A DNA stretch of 63,250 bases, the filler included, from Licmophora abbreviata (Eukaryota): the NCBI GenBank assembly GCA_900291995.1. It is 21 parts of 21 records of this genome, joined end to end, with 100 filler letters (N's around TTAATTAATTAA, not from the genome) between each part and the next. Parts side by side here need not be neighbours in the genome. Positions count along the whole stretch, not along the records: positions 1 to 1,399 come from OLMU01005593.1; positions 1,500 to 5,626 come from OLMU01005594.1; positions 5,727 to 8,089 come from OLMU01005595.1; positions 8,190 to 10,947 come from OLMU01005597.1; positions 11,048 to 12,505 come from OLMU01005598.1; 16 more parts are not named here. One strand, given 5' to 3'. The notes under the pieces were generated by a model, which saw nothing but the letters and a program-made list of their open reading frames with translations, did not search any database and was not told the origin of the DNA. This document shows, piece by piece, positions 1 to 12,505 of this stretch; positions within the stretch are counted from its first letter, which is position 1, and each line of letters begins with the position of its first letter. The position numbers were made by a program, and so were the translations under genes.

Positions 1-1807
1 GGCCGTTGGATCTGGCGTTGGATCCGGCGTCGGCGCGAATGTCGGACCTGGCGTTGCACCAAGAGTAGGCGCGGAAGTCGGACCTGGCGTAGGCTGAAAC
101 GAAAGACAAGCGGCAAGAATAAGAGTCAGTCAGAAGCGTCGCGAACAACTCGCCGTATCTCACACGGTATACGTACATGCACGGTTGGTTCCGTCGTTGG
201 CATGGGGATCGGAATAGGCGTTGGCTGTGGCGTTGTCGGTGCACGAGTAGGCGGACTCGTCGGTGGAGGACCCGAAGAGCCTTGGCTTGGGCGCGTCGGA
301 GCAATCGTTGGTGAAGGTGTTGGGGGCAACGGAGTGCATTCACACCCACACTTCGCAAAGCTGATGTCGTAGAAGGGCCGCCCATCTGCATTCAAGTCAT
401 CCACTGCCTCAAGATAGTCTCGACTAACACCATCAACAAATTCGAGGTACATGGGAAGCGCTGACGCGTTGACACGAAGTAGATCGACTGGATCTCCCTT
501 GCCACAGTCAGAAAAGGTCTGTCCATACGGTGGATAGACTGGGCGAGAGCACGATGTATGGATTGATACAGTCTGTGGACTCGAGTCGTCGTCGGGGATG
601 AAGTAAATGTTCATGTTGCTCGGGAGCTTGGAGCCAAAGGCAGTGCTATTCGCCTCGAAATTCCAGCTCACGAAACAGACATCATCATCGAGCGTGACCC
701 TCATGCTGTCAGTCGCAGTCAGGCAATCTTCTCCAGAGAAGGGATCCAAGCACGTATCGCTGCATGGAACAAACAAGACGGCTTGTTGATCGCCTTGGTC
801 GGTCGAGGAGGAAGTAACACGACGCGTAGAATGTTTGCTCTTGCCTTTGCCCTTGCTTTTCGGGTTATTCGGATGGTCATGCTCGTCGCACATGAATTGA
901 CCCAATGGCACGAGATCGTCATTGAGCGTGACGATACCACCCCCGATAGCGTTGCGGAGGCGGGTCTTGAGCATTGTGAGGCCACCCGAGCAGCATGTCT
1001 CGCGAGGTGGTTGGTCGCACTGGGAGAAGAGCGCCGTCGGGTCTCGAGCACTCACAGCGTCGTGAAACTTGAGCATCGGCGAAGCAGAAAGGTCGGTCTC
1101 GCTCGTGCCTGTCGTATCGACAAAGTAGTCCTCGTGAGATTTGCATACTCCAAGATTGATTCCGTAGGGCTTGTAGATGGGCTGACTGCAGGAAGTGTGA
1201 AGTACTGCGATCCGAATATCGCTGCTGGTCGATCCGACTTCCAGAAAGTAAAACTCGATGTTCGTAGGGAACTTGACACCGGGCGCCAGCTCGTTGGTCG
1301 CGTCGAAGACTGTGGCAAGGCAAACCTCGTCTCCAGAGTCGTACACGTTGCTACCCCAGATGTCGTTCTGGCTATCACACGCTGTGCTTCCAATGGAAGN
1401 NNNNNNNNNNNNNNNNNNNNNNNNNNNNNNNNNNNNNNNNNNNTTAATTAATTAANNNNNNNNNNNNNNNNNNNNNNNNNNNNNNNNNNNNNNNNNNNNA
1501 CGACGTTGCGCTCGGCCTTTAGCCCTAGAGACCTGTTTGATGTGATCAGAGGGATAGATTGAAGTGTGAACAAGCGCTAGAAATGACATGCAATCAATCG
1601 AAACAGCATGGAAGCTCAGTCCCGTCACTCACTCTCGCAGCTCGGAGGGAAGTCTTCTTCGACATCATGTCTGAGAGGTATTCGGCGGTCACGCCGGCGC
1701 CAGCCAACTTCTCAGACGATGCATGAAGAAGGCAGGTAAGGAGGCAAGCGAGCGTGGCGGTCATGCCGCGGCTGCAACGGATGGAAGAGATGGAATGCTT
1801 CATCATG
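1..1807 (-). CDS. Secreted Cys-rich protein with two HTSCS-motif domains and a Pro/Thr stalk (multi-exon, spans a spacer, runs off the window start)
   Basis: ORF 126-1346 has LHTSCSQPIYKPYG and IHTSCSRPVYPPYG, then PT-rich repeats. A GT..TTTCAG intron ending at 94 resumes PTPGPTSAPT in 1-93. A signal-like exon (MMKHS..LACLLTCLLHA) near 1807 is followed by a GTGAGT..AAACAG intron and an exon running into the spacer at 1500. Confidence 0.65.
1400..1499. other. Artificial contig spacer N44-TTAATTAATTAA-N44 (first of 20)
   Basis: Identical 100-nt spacers with stops in all six frames start at 1400, 5627, 8090, 10948, 12506, 18335, 19639, 22944, 28016, 31080, 33498, 37464, 41617, 42943, 45519, 47250, 49305, 58508, 59752 and 61073. 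Confidence 0.98.
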
Positions 1808-2181
1808 GTCAAGCGATCTTCGCGATGTGATCGAGAAAGTGATGCGATTTGAAACACAGACTTGGCGCGCCGCACGTAGCTTCTACGATGGCTGTACTAA
1901 CGTACAAGTCTTTATGAAACTACATACTGCAAGTTATGTAGAACCAGTACTGGAGAGTGTTCGGCTTCGCACTTTTATGAATGAAACGTCACTACGTCAG
2001 CAGATTCTGATTTGGCAGATGCCAGCAAAGCAGAACGCACGCGATGTCGACCATGATGGGATTGAGCATGGTCTCTGGACCGTCGAGGAGCACAAAATTG
2101 CCGTCACAATTGCTCGATATGCCAGGTGGCTTCAGAAGGCACAAGAAAAACAGATTTATAGGAAGGAAATCAATAATAACG

Positions 2182-3003
2182 ATGCTCAAATTTTGGTTGC
2201 TCACTGTTGCATTGGTGCTCTGCTCGCTTCCCAATGCTTGTCACAGTCGCCCGCTCGGCTCCTCGTCATCTCGGATGCGGTCAGCATTCGTTACATCTCC
2301 GATCCGAGAGAAGCGGCTGAGTAGGATGAATGGGATTGAGGTTTGGAACAAGTCGAGGTCAACCATGTACATGTCGAGCGAGCTTCGAAGAAACGACGAC
2401 GGCGAGAGTGCATCCTTTCCGGAACCTGCAGCCACTAGAGAGGAGGAAGCTCCCCCTACCCAAGACGATTCCAAGTCGAGCGGAGACTGGATCACTGGTC
2501 TGCTGTCTGAATCTCCTTTGAATAACTTTCTCAGTCGCGAGCTGTCTGGCCAAAAACCACCTCCTATGCAAGTCGAAGACGCGAATGTACTATTTTATGA
2601 CATTTTTCTTCTCTTGAATATGAGTCTTTCTGTTTCTTTCTGGGTGGTCCATCGCATGTCCTATGAATATATTGGATCCGCTGTGAGCGAAGGATCCTTG
2701 CTTTGCATCCTCTGGATTCTTGCAGGTCTCTGGCACGGAGCATTTCTGAACTCGGCCGTCGACGGTCACTTTGGTTCGACGAGTGACAAGGGAGGACCCC
2801 GGGCAGCAGGTATGCTCGGTCTGCACACCTTTATCACCACCTCAAATCTTCGAATATTGGTCGCACTCGCCATGGCTGCATTAGAGCATCGCAAAGTGGG
2901 CGCGTTCGTGGGCGAGCAGCTGATCCCATTAGAGGTTGTCATTGGCCTTGTGCTCATGAGCACCTGGCGAGCGCTGCATTCTAGTGTTGTGCCTCGATTG
3001 TAA
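2182..3003 (+). CDS. Probably plastid-targeted multi-pass membrane protein of unknown function
   Basis: Signal peptide MLKFWLLTVALVLCSLP and a Ser/Arg-rich transit-like region; about 4 hydrophobic helices in the C-terminal half. Confidence 0.65.
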   Translation: MLKFWLLTVALVLCSLPNACHSRPLGSSSSRMRSAFVTSPIREKRLSRMNGIEVWNKSRSTMYMSSELRRNDDGESASFPEPAATREEEAPPTQDDSKSSGDWITGLLSESPLNNFLSRELSGQKPPPMQVEDANVLFYDIFLLLNMSLSVSFWVVHRMSYEYIGSAVSEGSLLCILWILAGLWHGAFLNSAVDGHFGSTSDKGGPRAAGMLGLHTFITTSNLRILVALAMAALEHRKVGAFVGEQLIPLEVVIGLVLMSTWRALHSSVVPRL

Positions 3004-3264
3004 ATAAAAGCGAAATAGAATAACAGTTTCGTGATGTCAAGTGAAGTCAGTCGAATGCATGAAGGACAGTAGCCCGGTCTGCTTTTGTCACTGAATACTC
3101 TTTCACCCGAAACACACAGCATGCGTCAAGTTTCGTAGCGTTTCGTGTCACTAAATTCATCGATTACACTACCAGGGTCTAAGAAACAGCCAATGGTCTC
3201 ATCGTCCCTCTCCAAATCACCATTCTTACATCATCAGGTCTTTCTGCGAGCGATGTGCATTGAT

Positions 3265-3987
3265 TTACGCGTTTAGAATGTCCATGAGCGGGACAGATCC
3301 GGGGATGGCCTCGTAGGAAAACATGGAGGCCATGGCGATCATAGCAGCGCGTCCGTTCTTAATCTCAACTTCCTTCATACGAGCTTGCTTCGATTCAGAG
3401 AACTTGGACTTCAAGCCAAGAGGATCATAGTTCAGGAATCCGGGCTCGGCCTTTGTGGACTTGCCACGGAAGTTGTCACCGGAGTGTCCAACGCTCTCAC
3501 CCTCGGCAATGAAGACAAAGGCAAGGATAGCTCCAAAGAGAGCAGGCTGTTCAGCAGCGACAGCACCGAAGGCCTGAGTCCAGTCAGCCTCAGGCATGCC
3601 AGGGAAGTGCAATCCAAGGCCCATTTCGCCCTAAAGATACACATTTGCAGCACGAGGTAAACGACAAGGATGAGAGAACCGATGCCATATCGGACACAGT
3701 GGTTGTCCGGCCAAAATTACCTCATGAGTAGCCCAGATGCCAGTCCATCCCAGCATGGCCATACGTCCGTGCTTGATCTCGGAGTCATCGAGGTACTGCT
3801 TGTCAGGGAACATGTTCGGGAATGTGTCGAAGGCTTCACCAGATCCGAGCTCGTACAGTCCCATAGGGTCCCAAATCTCTCCAGCTGCCCGGAGAGACGT
3901 CTTTGAGGCACCACCCATCTTGGTGGGGGCGAAGGCCGATGCACTAGCGGCAAGAACGGCGGCGATAACGGCAGAGAGCTTGGCCAT
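3265..3987 (-). CDS. Fucoxanthin-chlorophyll light-harvesting protein, Lhcz-like (2 exons, intron 3631-3720)
   Basis: ASAFAP bipartite presequence; EIKHGRMAML and EIKNGRAAM chlorophyll-binding helices; DPLGL motif; the GTAATT..TTTAG intron joins the two ORFs in frame. Confidence 0.9.
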
Positions 3988-4480
3988 GGTGTCTATCGAT
4001 TCGGAGGAGTGTTGCTGTGCTGAAGAGCAACGTGAGTTTCAGAGACGAAATCTTGTGCTACGGGAATTGTGGTACGAATCTACGTAAAAGGATCGCGAGA
4101 TCATCTTCAACAATCGAAAAAGAGCCACGAAGTACGAACCCTTCGACTACAAATCATGTGACGTCAGCGTGTATCGCGAGCGCTCGGTGAAGCTCCATTA
4201 AGTTTTGGTATTTCAGAGCTCGTGTATCCGAAATGAAAAATAAGAGAAGTGCAACGAAATCCCTTTCTACTTCGACGACTGCGAAGCCGAATTCAATAGA
4301 GAACAAGGAGATGGCAATTGAACAGGGTAAACTCATTGGGAACCGCGGAAGAGCGAGTAGCAATGAGCAAGTAGTCGAAGCTATAATTGCTAGGTATGAT
4401 AGATTCTGTGAGGCCATGCCGTGTCGACCGATACCTTGCCAGAACAGAATAAACCGACTTGAGCTCAAATTGTGGAATTC

Positions 4481-5626
4481 CTAGGAGGAAGTCGAATCAG
4501 CGGCTGAGCTTGCCTTTCTGGAATCATTTGTCTTACTGCTTCCTTCCGCGACTGGAGTGTCGGGCTGTCCAAGCATTTTAAAGAGCGAAGCTTGAATCTC
4601 TCGCTGACGTTCTTGTGTCATTCCGATTTCTTCGCCATCGAAACCATTCTTGTTGGCGTTGTCGTCTGACTTGGTTTCCCCTGAAGGACGCTTGGATTGC
4701 GCTCGAGATGATGGAACATTCTGAGAAGCCGACGGCCGGGATGGTCGACCACCGGATCGGCCGGCGGGATAAGACGTCGGGTAATACCACGGAGGAGCCA
4801 TGAGATTCATCCCGGGATGAACAGTCAGAGCCCAAGAATTGGGAATCTGCAGGCACGTTTGCAGAAAGATGGAAACAGAGTCAAACATAAACTTGGGACG
4901 CGGCGAGTTGTGATCACCTTCGACAATTATGAGATTCTTGTCTCCTGCATAACTTCTGTGAATCGCTTCGGAGTGACTCTTGTCGATAAAGTCATCATGT
5001 TCACCAGCGACAAACAATGCAGGAATGAAGCATTTGTCCGCGTGAGCAATCGGCGAGATATGCTTGATATTGAAACTGGCCTGTTTCTTGACGCTGGACT
5101 GAATCATTCTCAAGGCGACAGATACAAGAATATTGGGAACGAGAATACCTTGCTCACGTCCCTTTTCGACCATTTCTTCCGCGAGTTTCGTCAGATCGGA
5201 AAAGGACGAATCCAGAATCATGCAAGCAATGCTGGGATCCCGATCACCGTGCATCAGAGCCGTTGCAGCTCCCATGGATCTCCCCCACAGAGCAATGGTT
5301 GAGACGACATTTGTGGCACGCAAGTGGGCAATGACGCACATGAGATCCTCTCGCTCATAGTAACCTAAACTGACATATTCGCCATCAGACTTTCCAGATC
5401 CCGCAAAGTCAAACGAAAAGACCGCTAGACCTAGGGACAACAGATAGGATAGCTGCGGAAGCACCTCGACGCGTGCTGAAGAGTTTCCGTGCATGTAAAT
5501 CACCACGGGAATGCGATCGCTCGTTCGCTCCACGGGTTCCCAATGCGAGCACTGCAAATTCAGACCCCGCTTTGTCATCAGAGTAAAGTCGGTTCGTGTG
5601 AATCGCTTTCCGCAGAACGAAAAAGC
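4481..5626 (-). CDS. Alpha/beta hydrolase (YqkD-like), 5' end in spacer
   Basis: HGNSS oxyanion motif, GRSMG nucleophile, D in HDDFI and H in GDHNS. Confidence 0.9.
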   Translation of the reverse strand, partial: AFSFCGKRFTRTDFTLMTKRGLNLQCSHWEPVERTSDRIPVVIYMHGNSSARVEVLPQLSYLLSLGLAVFSFDFAGSGKSDGEYVSLGYYEREDLMCVIAHLRATNVVSTIALWGRSMGAATALMHGDRDPSIACMILDSSFSDLTKLAEEMVEKGREQGILVPNILVSVALRMIQSSVKKQASFNIKHISPIAHADKCFIPALFVAGEHDDFIDKSHSEAIHRSYAGDKNLIIVEGDHNSPRPKFMFDSVSIFLQTCLQIPNSWALTVHPGMNLMAPPWYYPTSYPAGRSGGRPSRPSASQNVPSSRAQSKRPSGETKSDDNANKNGFDGEEIGMTQERQREIQASLFKMLGQPDTPVAEGSSKTNDSRKASSAADSTSS

Positions 5627-5744
5627 NNNNNNNNNNNNNNNNNNNNNNNNNNNNNNNNNNNNNNNNNNNNTTAATTAATTAANNNNNNNNNNNNNNNNNN
5701 NNNNNNNNNNNNNNNNNNNNNNNNNNATCACCGACTGCCCATAG

Positions 5745-6183
5745 AGAGGCAGAGCTTACTCACGGCCGCGTAGCCATGCTCGCCACTCTCGGATTTCTCG
5801 TCGGCGAGAAGGTCGAGGGAAGCTCCTTCCTCTTCGACTCTCAGATCACTGGCCCTGCGATCTCCCACCTCGGACAGGTCCCACCAGTTTTCTGGGCTTT
5901 GTTGACCATTGGTATTGGTGCGGCCGAGCAGAGGCGTCTCGTCACTGGCTGGACGGATCCGGCTGACGTGCCTGTTGGCAAAGCCGGTCTTCTCAACGCG
6001 GATTACACTCCCGGTGACATTGGATTCGACCCGCTTGGCTTGAAGCCCTCTGACCCTGAGGAGTACAACGTCATGGCCACCAAGGAGCTTCAGAACGGCC
6101 GACTTGCCATGCTTGCCGCCGCCGGCTTCATGGCCCAAGAGCTTGTTAGCGGAAAGGGAATCGTCGAGAACCTTCTCGGTTAA
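5745..6183 (+). CDS. LHCX: Lhcx (LI818/LHCSR-type) photoprotective antenna protein, last exon; 5' part in spacer
   Basis: EAELTHGRVAMLA, ITGPAISHL, PGDIGFDPLGLKP and KELQNGRLAMLA; splice acceptor CATAG ending at 5744. Confidence 0.88.
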
Positions 6184-6629
6184 ATAAAGGCCTACATGTT
6201 GTGACCATGATCTGCATGGCTACAGGCGCCAAGTTATAATAGACTCTATTTGAGAAACAAATGATTCTGCACAACCTGTATTGTCGTATCCCACGTACAT
6301 CCACACCGACACAAGTCGATAGCTAATAACGATATTGCGGACCATGTGCTCTGCCTCAGCTCGGAGTGCTTTTTGAAATTTGATAGAGCGACCGAGGCAT
6401 AGAGGTCTTACTCGAGCAGGAAAGAATTGGAGTGCAATACCACGGACAGAGAAGGATCGGGCGACGTTTTGCTACCCCTCCGTCCAGGTCACAGACACGA
6501 CAGGAGAGAAAATAAGTTCGAAGCAGCCCGAAGTGGTACCTATCATTTAGTAGAGAAGCTTACAGAACTTGCTTCCTCTTAGACCACTGGCAACTACAGT
6601 CCATACTTCACGCTATCTGCTACCTAGAA

Positions 6630-7454
6630 CTACTCTCGCTTTTGGAATTCTGGCCGGAGCTCCCACGTCCCCTTGTGCTCTCCACTCCTGTGAAATTCTC
6701 CAATCTCGGCTAGCACCTGCCGAATTTCTTTTTCCGGGCATCCACTGGAACTTTTCATTTCCTTGACACTCCAGTGAGGCTGTTGGGAAAACAGCTCAAA
6801 AACGACACTTTGCGTAGGCTTTCCTTCAAACTTGCGTTTCCGAGAGACATCGCCACCTCCCTCACCTGCATGTATGGCCCGCTGTCCAAATTGTCGGACA
6901 GCATCACCAAAGCCATGCGAGCTGGCAAGGGCCGCTGAGTGTGACTTGCGGACCGATAACTCGTTGGCTTCGACGGGGCGGACGAATCGGTTGCTTGTCA
7001 CGTTGTTTTGCAAGAGACGGTTCTTGAGAAGCTGACGGTAACGCTCGTCGGACCGATTCATTTGTAAGTTCGCAGTACGAGAGACAGTTCCTTTCAGCTC
7101 GATTGACCCGTCTTCGTTTCGATTGAAGGGGTGCATGACGGGCACTCGCTTGGTCATGGCCTCGAACGAGTAGTCCAGGGGTACGTCCGACGTATCAGCA
7201 CTCAACAGCTCCTCCGATGCATGCACGGAGAGCGAAGGTTTCACAATTCCACCATTGCCATTGGTAGACTTTCCACCCTTGGTGAATGCAAGTTCCCCCA
7301 ATACACTCCCTTCAGGAGCGTTGTCCCAGAGTTCTGCCAGCTTGGTTGGAATGCGAATCATCCATACTTCATTCGAAACTTGACTGGCATTCACAGCGCC
7401 GTACGTCTCCGCTGTTACAGCAGAGGATGACTTTTCTCGTGAGGACGATGACAT
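6630..7454 (-). CDS. GTF2F2: Transcription factor IIF beta subunit (RAP30)
   Basis: N-terminal VWMIRIP..LAELW and a C-terminal winged helix (FELFSQQPHW..L.EIG..HRSG.HKGTWELRPEF). Confidence 0.85.
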   Translation of the reverse strand: MSSSSREKSSSAVTAETYGAVNASQVSNEVWMIRIPTKLAELWDNAPEGSVLGELAFTKGGKSTNGNGGIVKPSLSVHASEELLSADTSDVPLDYSFEAMTKRVPVMHPFNRNEDGSIELKGTVSRTANLQMNRSDERYRQLLKNRLLQNNVTSNRFVRPVEANELSVRKSHSAALASSHGFGDAVRQFGQRAIHAGEGGGDVSRKRKFEGKPTQSVVFELFSQQPHWSVKEMKSSSGCPEKEIRQVLAEIGEFHRSGEHKGTWELRPEFQKRE

Positions 7455-7921
7455 GATAGGATAGTGTTCGACGTTGTGCAATAGAGCGGATGGCGATAAC
7501 AAGAGAACGAAAGTCGTCACTATGATGGTCAAAGGCCGAAAGGGAGTTCAGTTGAGAGTGTACAGAGAGTGTCAGCGTTCAGCGCGAACGGCGCGCGAGC
7601 CACAGCTTTTTCGTCATATCCTGAGTTTTGCCAAACTCGTATCGGAAGACCTACTCGTAGACCTATAGTCTATTATACCGGTACCGGTACCGAAGGCACC
7701 ACACACACATGCGTTGGAGTTTCAGACTTTCGCTTCTACTTCTAACATAAGTAAGGGTGCAGTGAATGTAGCGTTAAGCTTCTCGTGAATGTAGACCACT
7801 CGCACCCGAATACAATTATGACACCCTTCCTTCCATGCGACTTATTGACTCTATTCGTACCTTTCTCGCATGCGTCAAAGCCCTTTCTGGTACCGCGGCA
7901 GGCAACAAGCGGTGACAAAAA

Positions 7922-8089
7922 TCACGGTGGTCCTTCAGAGCTGGCAGCCACTGACCCAGAGCGAAATGAACAGACGGAAACCGCGGAGAAACCAAGCCCC
8001 CCAACAAAGTAGGACTCAACCTGTGATAGGATGTTTTGTTCCACATGATCTACTAAATCTCCATCAACCTCGATACGTGCTCGCTGTTT
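7922..8089 (-). CDS. 3' end of an unidentified gene (rest in spacer)
   Basis: Open frame KQRARIEVDGDLVDHVEQNILSQVESYF..GPP* from the contig edge; it is not the TOR FATC domain. Confidence 0.35.
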   Translation of the reverse strand, partial: KQRARIEVDGDLVDHVEQNILSQVESYFVGGLGFSAVSVCSFRSGSVAASSEGPP

Positions 8090-8189
8090 NNNNNNNNNNN
8101 NNNNNNNNNNNNNNNNNNNNNNNNNNNNNNNNNTTAATTAATTAANNNNNNNNNNNNNNNNNNNNNNNNNNNNNNNNNNNNNNNNNNNN

Positions 8190-11100
8190 CCTTCCAACAT
8201 TTTAATTATCTCCTGCTGCTGTACGCTTCGTGCCCTGCGAGACCGAGCCACCGAGCCTTCGGCTGCAGCCGCCGACGGCTCTCCCGCAACGCTGGCAACT
8301 CGAGAGTTTTCTCGGTACGCTGCCATGTCAGCCTGCATCTCAGAGTACATCCTCAGTGAACGTGCACGAGAGGAGCTCAGCGCTTCTGTAGCCTGCATGC
8401 TTCGAGCCTGCGCCGCGTGCGTAGCTCGGACACGATCCGAGACCGAGGCTGTGAGTGCGGGTAGAGGTACTGCGCTGTCAGGCTCCTCGGCGTCTTCATC
8501 CAGTCCCTCAGCAATTGACTCGTGTAGGACGTTGACATTCGAGGAAATTGAAGCCAATGAAGCATCATGAAGCACGCTGTCCTGGTCTGGTTGTGCCGGA
8601 GCTTCGGGGATATCCAAGTCTGAGTCAGGAAGAGACAAGTCTTCCGAACGACTCTCGTGGGAACCGAGACCCATTAGTCTCCAGCTTATGAGAGGATCGT
8701 ATACAAACGCCTCTAGCATGGCGACCAAGGAATCCCGGTTCTCACGAAGAACCAGCATGGTTCGTTCACACGTGCTCCGATAGCTACCCTCGATCCCAGA
8801 GACTTCCATAGCCTTCACCAGCATGCGCGTCAAACGGAACGGAATCTTTTCTGGGAACTTTTCGCGATTCATGGCAACTTCGAAACAGTCACCGAAGTCA
8901 ATATGCAGCACTCGCCCGCTCTGCTGGTTGATCATGAGATTCGATGGATGTCGATCGCCAAGCCCGAGAATGTAGCCAACTATCGACATAACAGCAAGAC
9001 TTCGAGTATACTTCGTGCGGCGATCTAACCACTCCTCGCTAGTCGTACTGTGAAGCCACAAGATTTCGTACAAGTCATTGCCACCGCCAACGCACCGACG
9101 GAGGGCCTCGGTGAAAACTTCAACCTTTTGCATGACGGGGAGCATCTCATAGTCTGGCGCGATCTTGAGCATTTCATAGTTTTCCATGTTGAGACGAATC
9201 TTCTTGCTGTGGCGGTAGTCCCGGACGAGGCTGTGCAAAGTCTCAGAGAGCGGGACCCAGCCCACTAGCCCACAGTCATGACTCAAGGGAACAATCGTGA
9301 AACGTTGAATATTCAAATCGTGCTTCTTGGTCTGTCGGTCTCTGGCAAGAAGAGCATTTACTAGACCAAACAGTTGCATCACGCGCTCGTCTTGGCGTAG
9401 ATCTTCGTGTCCCTTTAGGAGATAGATGTAGTCCTTGCCGTCACTTCCTCGTAGGCTTATCTTTCGTGGTCTCTGCTTGCTGGTAATTACGTGCATATTG
9501 GGCACAAAGCGCTCGATCTTCGTATAGCTTCCGTCTACTCGATAGGACCCAGGAATTCCGAGCTCTAGATTGTGGGCTCGGTTCAACGCTGGAGAACACT
9601 GACTGAGCTCCAGCTTGGTGAGAGGGGGCAGCTGGTTGTTGATTCGCCGGAACACATGATAATAAAGGTCCCACGCCTTGTTCAACTGTGTTTCGGCCTG
9701 CGAGAGACAGTCGGTTGGCTCGCTATACTCGCCCGACGCGTCGAAACCGCCTTTCGATGGGATAGGCAGACGACCTTGCTTCATGGTATCCATGTACGCT
9801 TCAGCAAAACGATGCGCCTCGGCCAACTCTTTGCCGTACTTTCGGAGAAACTCTTTTTCGCGACGTGTCTCACCTCCACGCTCTATCTCCTCGTGCAGAG
9901 GTAAGAGCAAGTCGAGAAACCCCGCTACATTTCCCTTTTCGTAGAGCACGCGGGAAGCTTCATCTAGCGTAGCATGCCATTTCTCGATCCATAATATTGC
10001 GACACGAATCAATTCTGATGACACCATCAACGCTTCGTCAACAAGCGAGCTGGAATGGGCCTTTAGTGAATTCATCAAGCTTTCTGCGGCAATCCTTCGC
10101 TCTGACACAGGGCTCTTGACCAGTACCGAGAGGGGGTACATTAGGGCCTGTGGATGCTTCTCACCAAGCTTGACTAGTAAAGGATGGAGCACTGATCTCA
10201 CGGAAGGTGTCCGAATATGAATCCTGGCCAGAAGCTGCGGCAATACACCTAGCCAGGCCTCGATCGTAATTGTACCCATTCCTTCGCTAATCGATCTCGC
10301 CACGCCAGAGAGCTCCCCATACTGAAAAAGACATGTCAGTAAGTTCAACATATCCTGCAGGACCGAAGCACTCCATCGTCTTGTGCCGGAACTTATGGCA
10401 TTTACGAAGCCTTTGACAGCAACGCAAACGTGGCTTCCCAACTTTTTCGGGTGATGGCGATGAGTCAAGCCATCCTCTTCTCGGTTTTGCATCTGCTGTG
10501 CAATTCGGAAATTCAAAAGAGCCCAAGAATGCCAAGCACTGTAACCACAAGAAGGAGAGGAGGTAGCACGTCTGAATGCGCCTAAGACATCGACCTGCAA
10601 CGAATCTGGAATCGTAGTGCTGCGAGTTGAAGACTCATCCAATCGCCATTCACCGAGCTCTAGCCAGCAGGCAACGCGGAGCGAGTCGTCCAGCTTGCCT
10701 ACGCCTTCGCAATGGGAGACCAAATCCACGACGTCACTTAGCCTGGATAGGCGATGCATAGCTTCTTCGCGTTTGTCTGTTGCCCAGAGATGTTTCACGT
10801 ATGCGAAATAAAGTCGATGTTGCGTATTAAGCCTGGGGAGGAAGGGGATGAGAAGTTCACGTTCAAAGTGAGCCATCAGAAAAGCGACTCACTGTTTCTC
10901 GAGGAGTGGAGGGGAACTTACGTCTCCAAGCCACCCGCCTCCTGCACNNNNNNNNNNNNNNNNNNNNNNNNNNNNNNNNNNNNNNNNNNNNTTAATTAAT
11001 TAANNNNNNNNNNNNNNNNNNNNNNNNNNNNNNNNNNNNNNNNNNNNAACTTACTAGTCTTTGGAGCATTCGTTGTACCACGAACAAGCTGAGTTGCATA

Positions 11101-12505
11101 CTTTTCGAGTTCGTCCCACTGACCAAGCCTCCAGGCTGCTTGCGCACAGAATTTCAAAGCTTTTCGTCGACCACGAGGCGTAATGTACATCGAACTGAAA
11201 GAAGCCGGCACAGTCTCCTCGGCCTGATCCTCCGCTGTAGTAGAATCTCCAGCCAAGGCAAACCAGCTTCTTTTCGCAAGATCGAGAACCCTTCCCCACT
11301 CTCCAGTCGCATCTAGACATCGCATCGACCCAAGAATCGCCTCAAAATCGTTGGGGTTATACGACAGCTTTTCGTCGTAGACAGACAAAGCCTCAGACCA
11401 GGAACCCAATTTCGCTAGCCATGACTCTTGTACTTCAAATAGTTCCCAGGTGTCGTCTTCTCCATCGACAGGAACATCCTCCGTCGTAGCCAGTACACTG
11501 TACAACATGTCAAATGTTTGAAAATGACGGAGAAAGTGTGACGACTGCTGGTTTGTAAATGATCGTGGCTCATGCGTAGAAAAGATACTGTTTGCACATT
11601 CTAATCTGCTCCTCGCGTGTCGTATCCTGGCGGCTTTCAACACACCCATGCCAGCCTCAGGGAGATCCAGCTTGCTGTTGATGCTGATCAGCGCCTCAAC
11701 ACACGATCCAGAAGCATCCCCTTGATTATATTCGCGCTCTTTGTAGTGAAGTGCCTTCGCATATGCGCGACATTTCAGCGCTAGTTCTGCGAGGATTGAT
11801 GTATGAATAGGGAGACCATTCTCGATTCCTTCATGCTCCATGAACTCTGCAAGATTGAGAAGAGTCTGCAGAATCTCAGGCGACACGTCAGCGGCGAACG
11901 CTGTCTCCAAAGAATAAATAAGATTGTCTCGATACTGTTGATCGAGGTCGCCCCAGCAGCAGACAAATGCTGCACTGAAAAGCTCACGGGCGAGAGGCTG
12001 GTAGGCATGCGCCAAGCTAGCAGTTGCCCTCAAAGCCGGCGAAGGCGCTTCTCGGAGAAGTTCGATGGCGAATCTCCGCATCCACTCGTCCCAGTCTTCC
12101 CTCGATACATGCCGTGACACATCCCATGCACGTTGCAAGATGCCTTGATTAACCTTCTCTTTGACGAGTTGAGGCGCCAGAGACGGATCACCAGGGTCGA
12201 CGGATGTATCATTGAAAATCGACGGTCCCTCGACTCCCCGAAGGCGCTCAGAAGGATCTCGGGAACGAAGGAGTGAGTTTTGCCTTGCCAGAGAACGAGA
12301 AATAAAAACGCTTGGATCAACCAATCCAGACGGGGCTTCCGAAAGATGCTCGGATGCTAATTCAAGAGACCTCACGACATCAACGTACAGGTGGAGATCA
12401 TTCTCAGGAAGAGGATTCATAGGAGCGGAATTCCAGCGACGATCAGCACTGGGGCTTTCTCTACTATCAGATGATCCCATGCGTTCTTGCCATTCACGAA
12501 TCGCC
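8190..12505 (-). CDS. TOR: Target of rapamycin kinase (FAT-FRB-kinase part, split by spacer 10948-11047; HEAT repeats and FATC missing)
   Basis: REDWDEWMRR..SPALRA, ILW.EKWH..L.EASR (FRB), SKQRPRK, LLKGHEDLRQDER, GLGDRHPSN and HIDFGDCFE. Confidence 0.97.

Noticed and set aside
1506..1520. TTGCGCTCGGCCTTT at a contig start, matching the VWA8/mosaic sequence
   Set aside because: Only 15 nt with unrelated flanks, and it sits in a plausible exon of another gene in a different frame; probably chance.
7922..8089. Candidate TOR FATC exon
   Set aside because: No WCPFW-type terminus in the frame examined.
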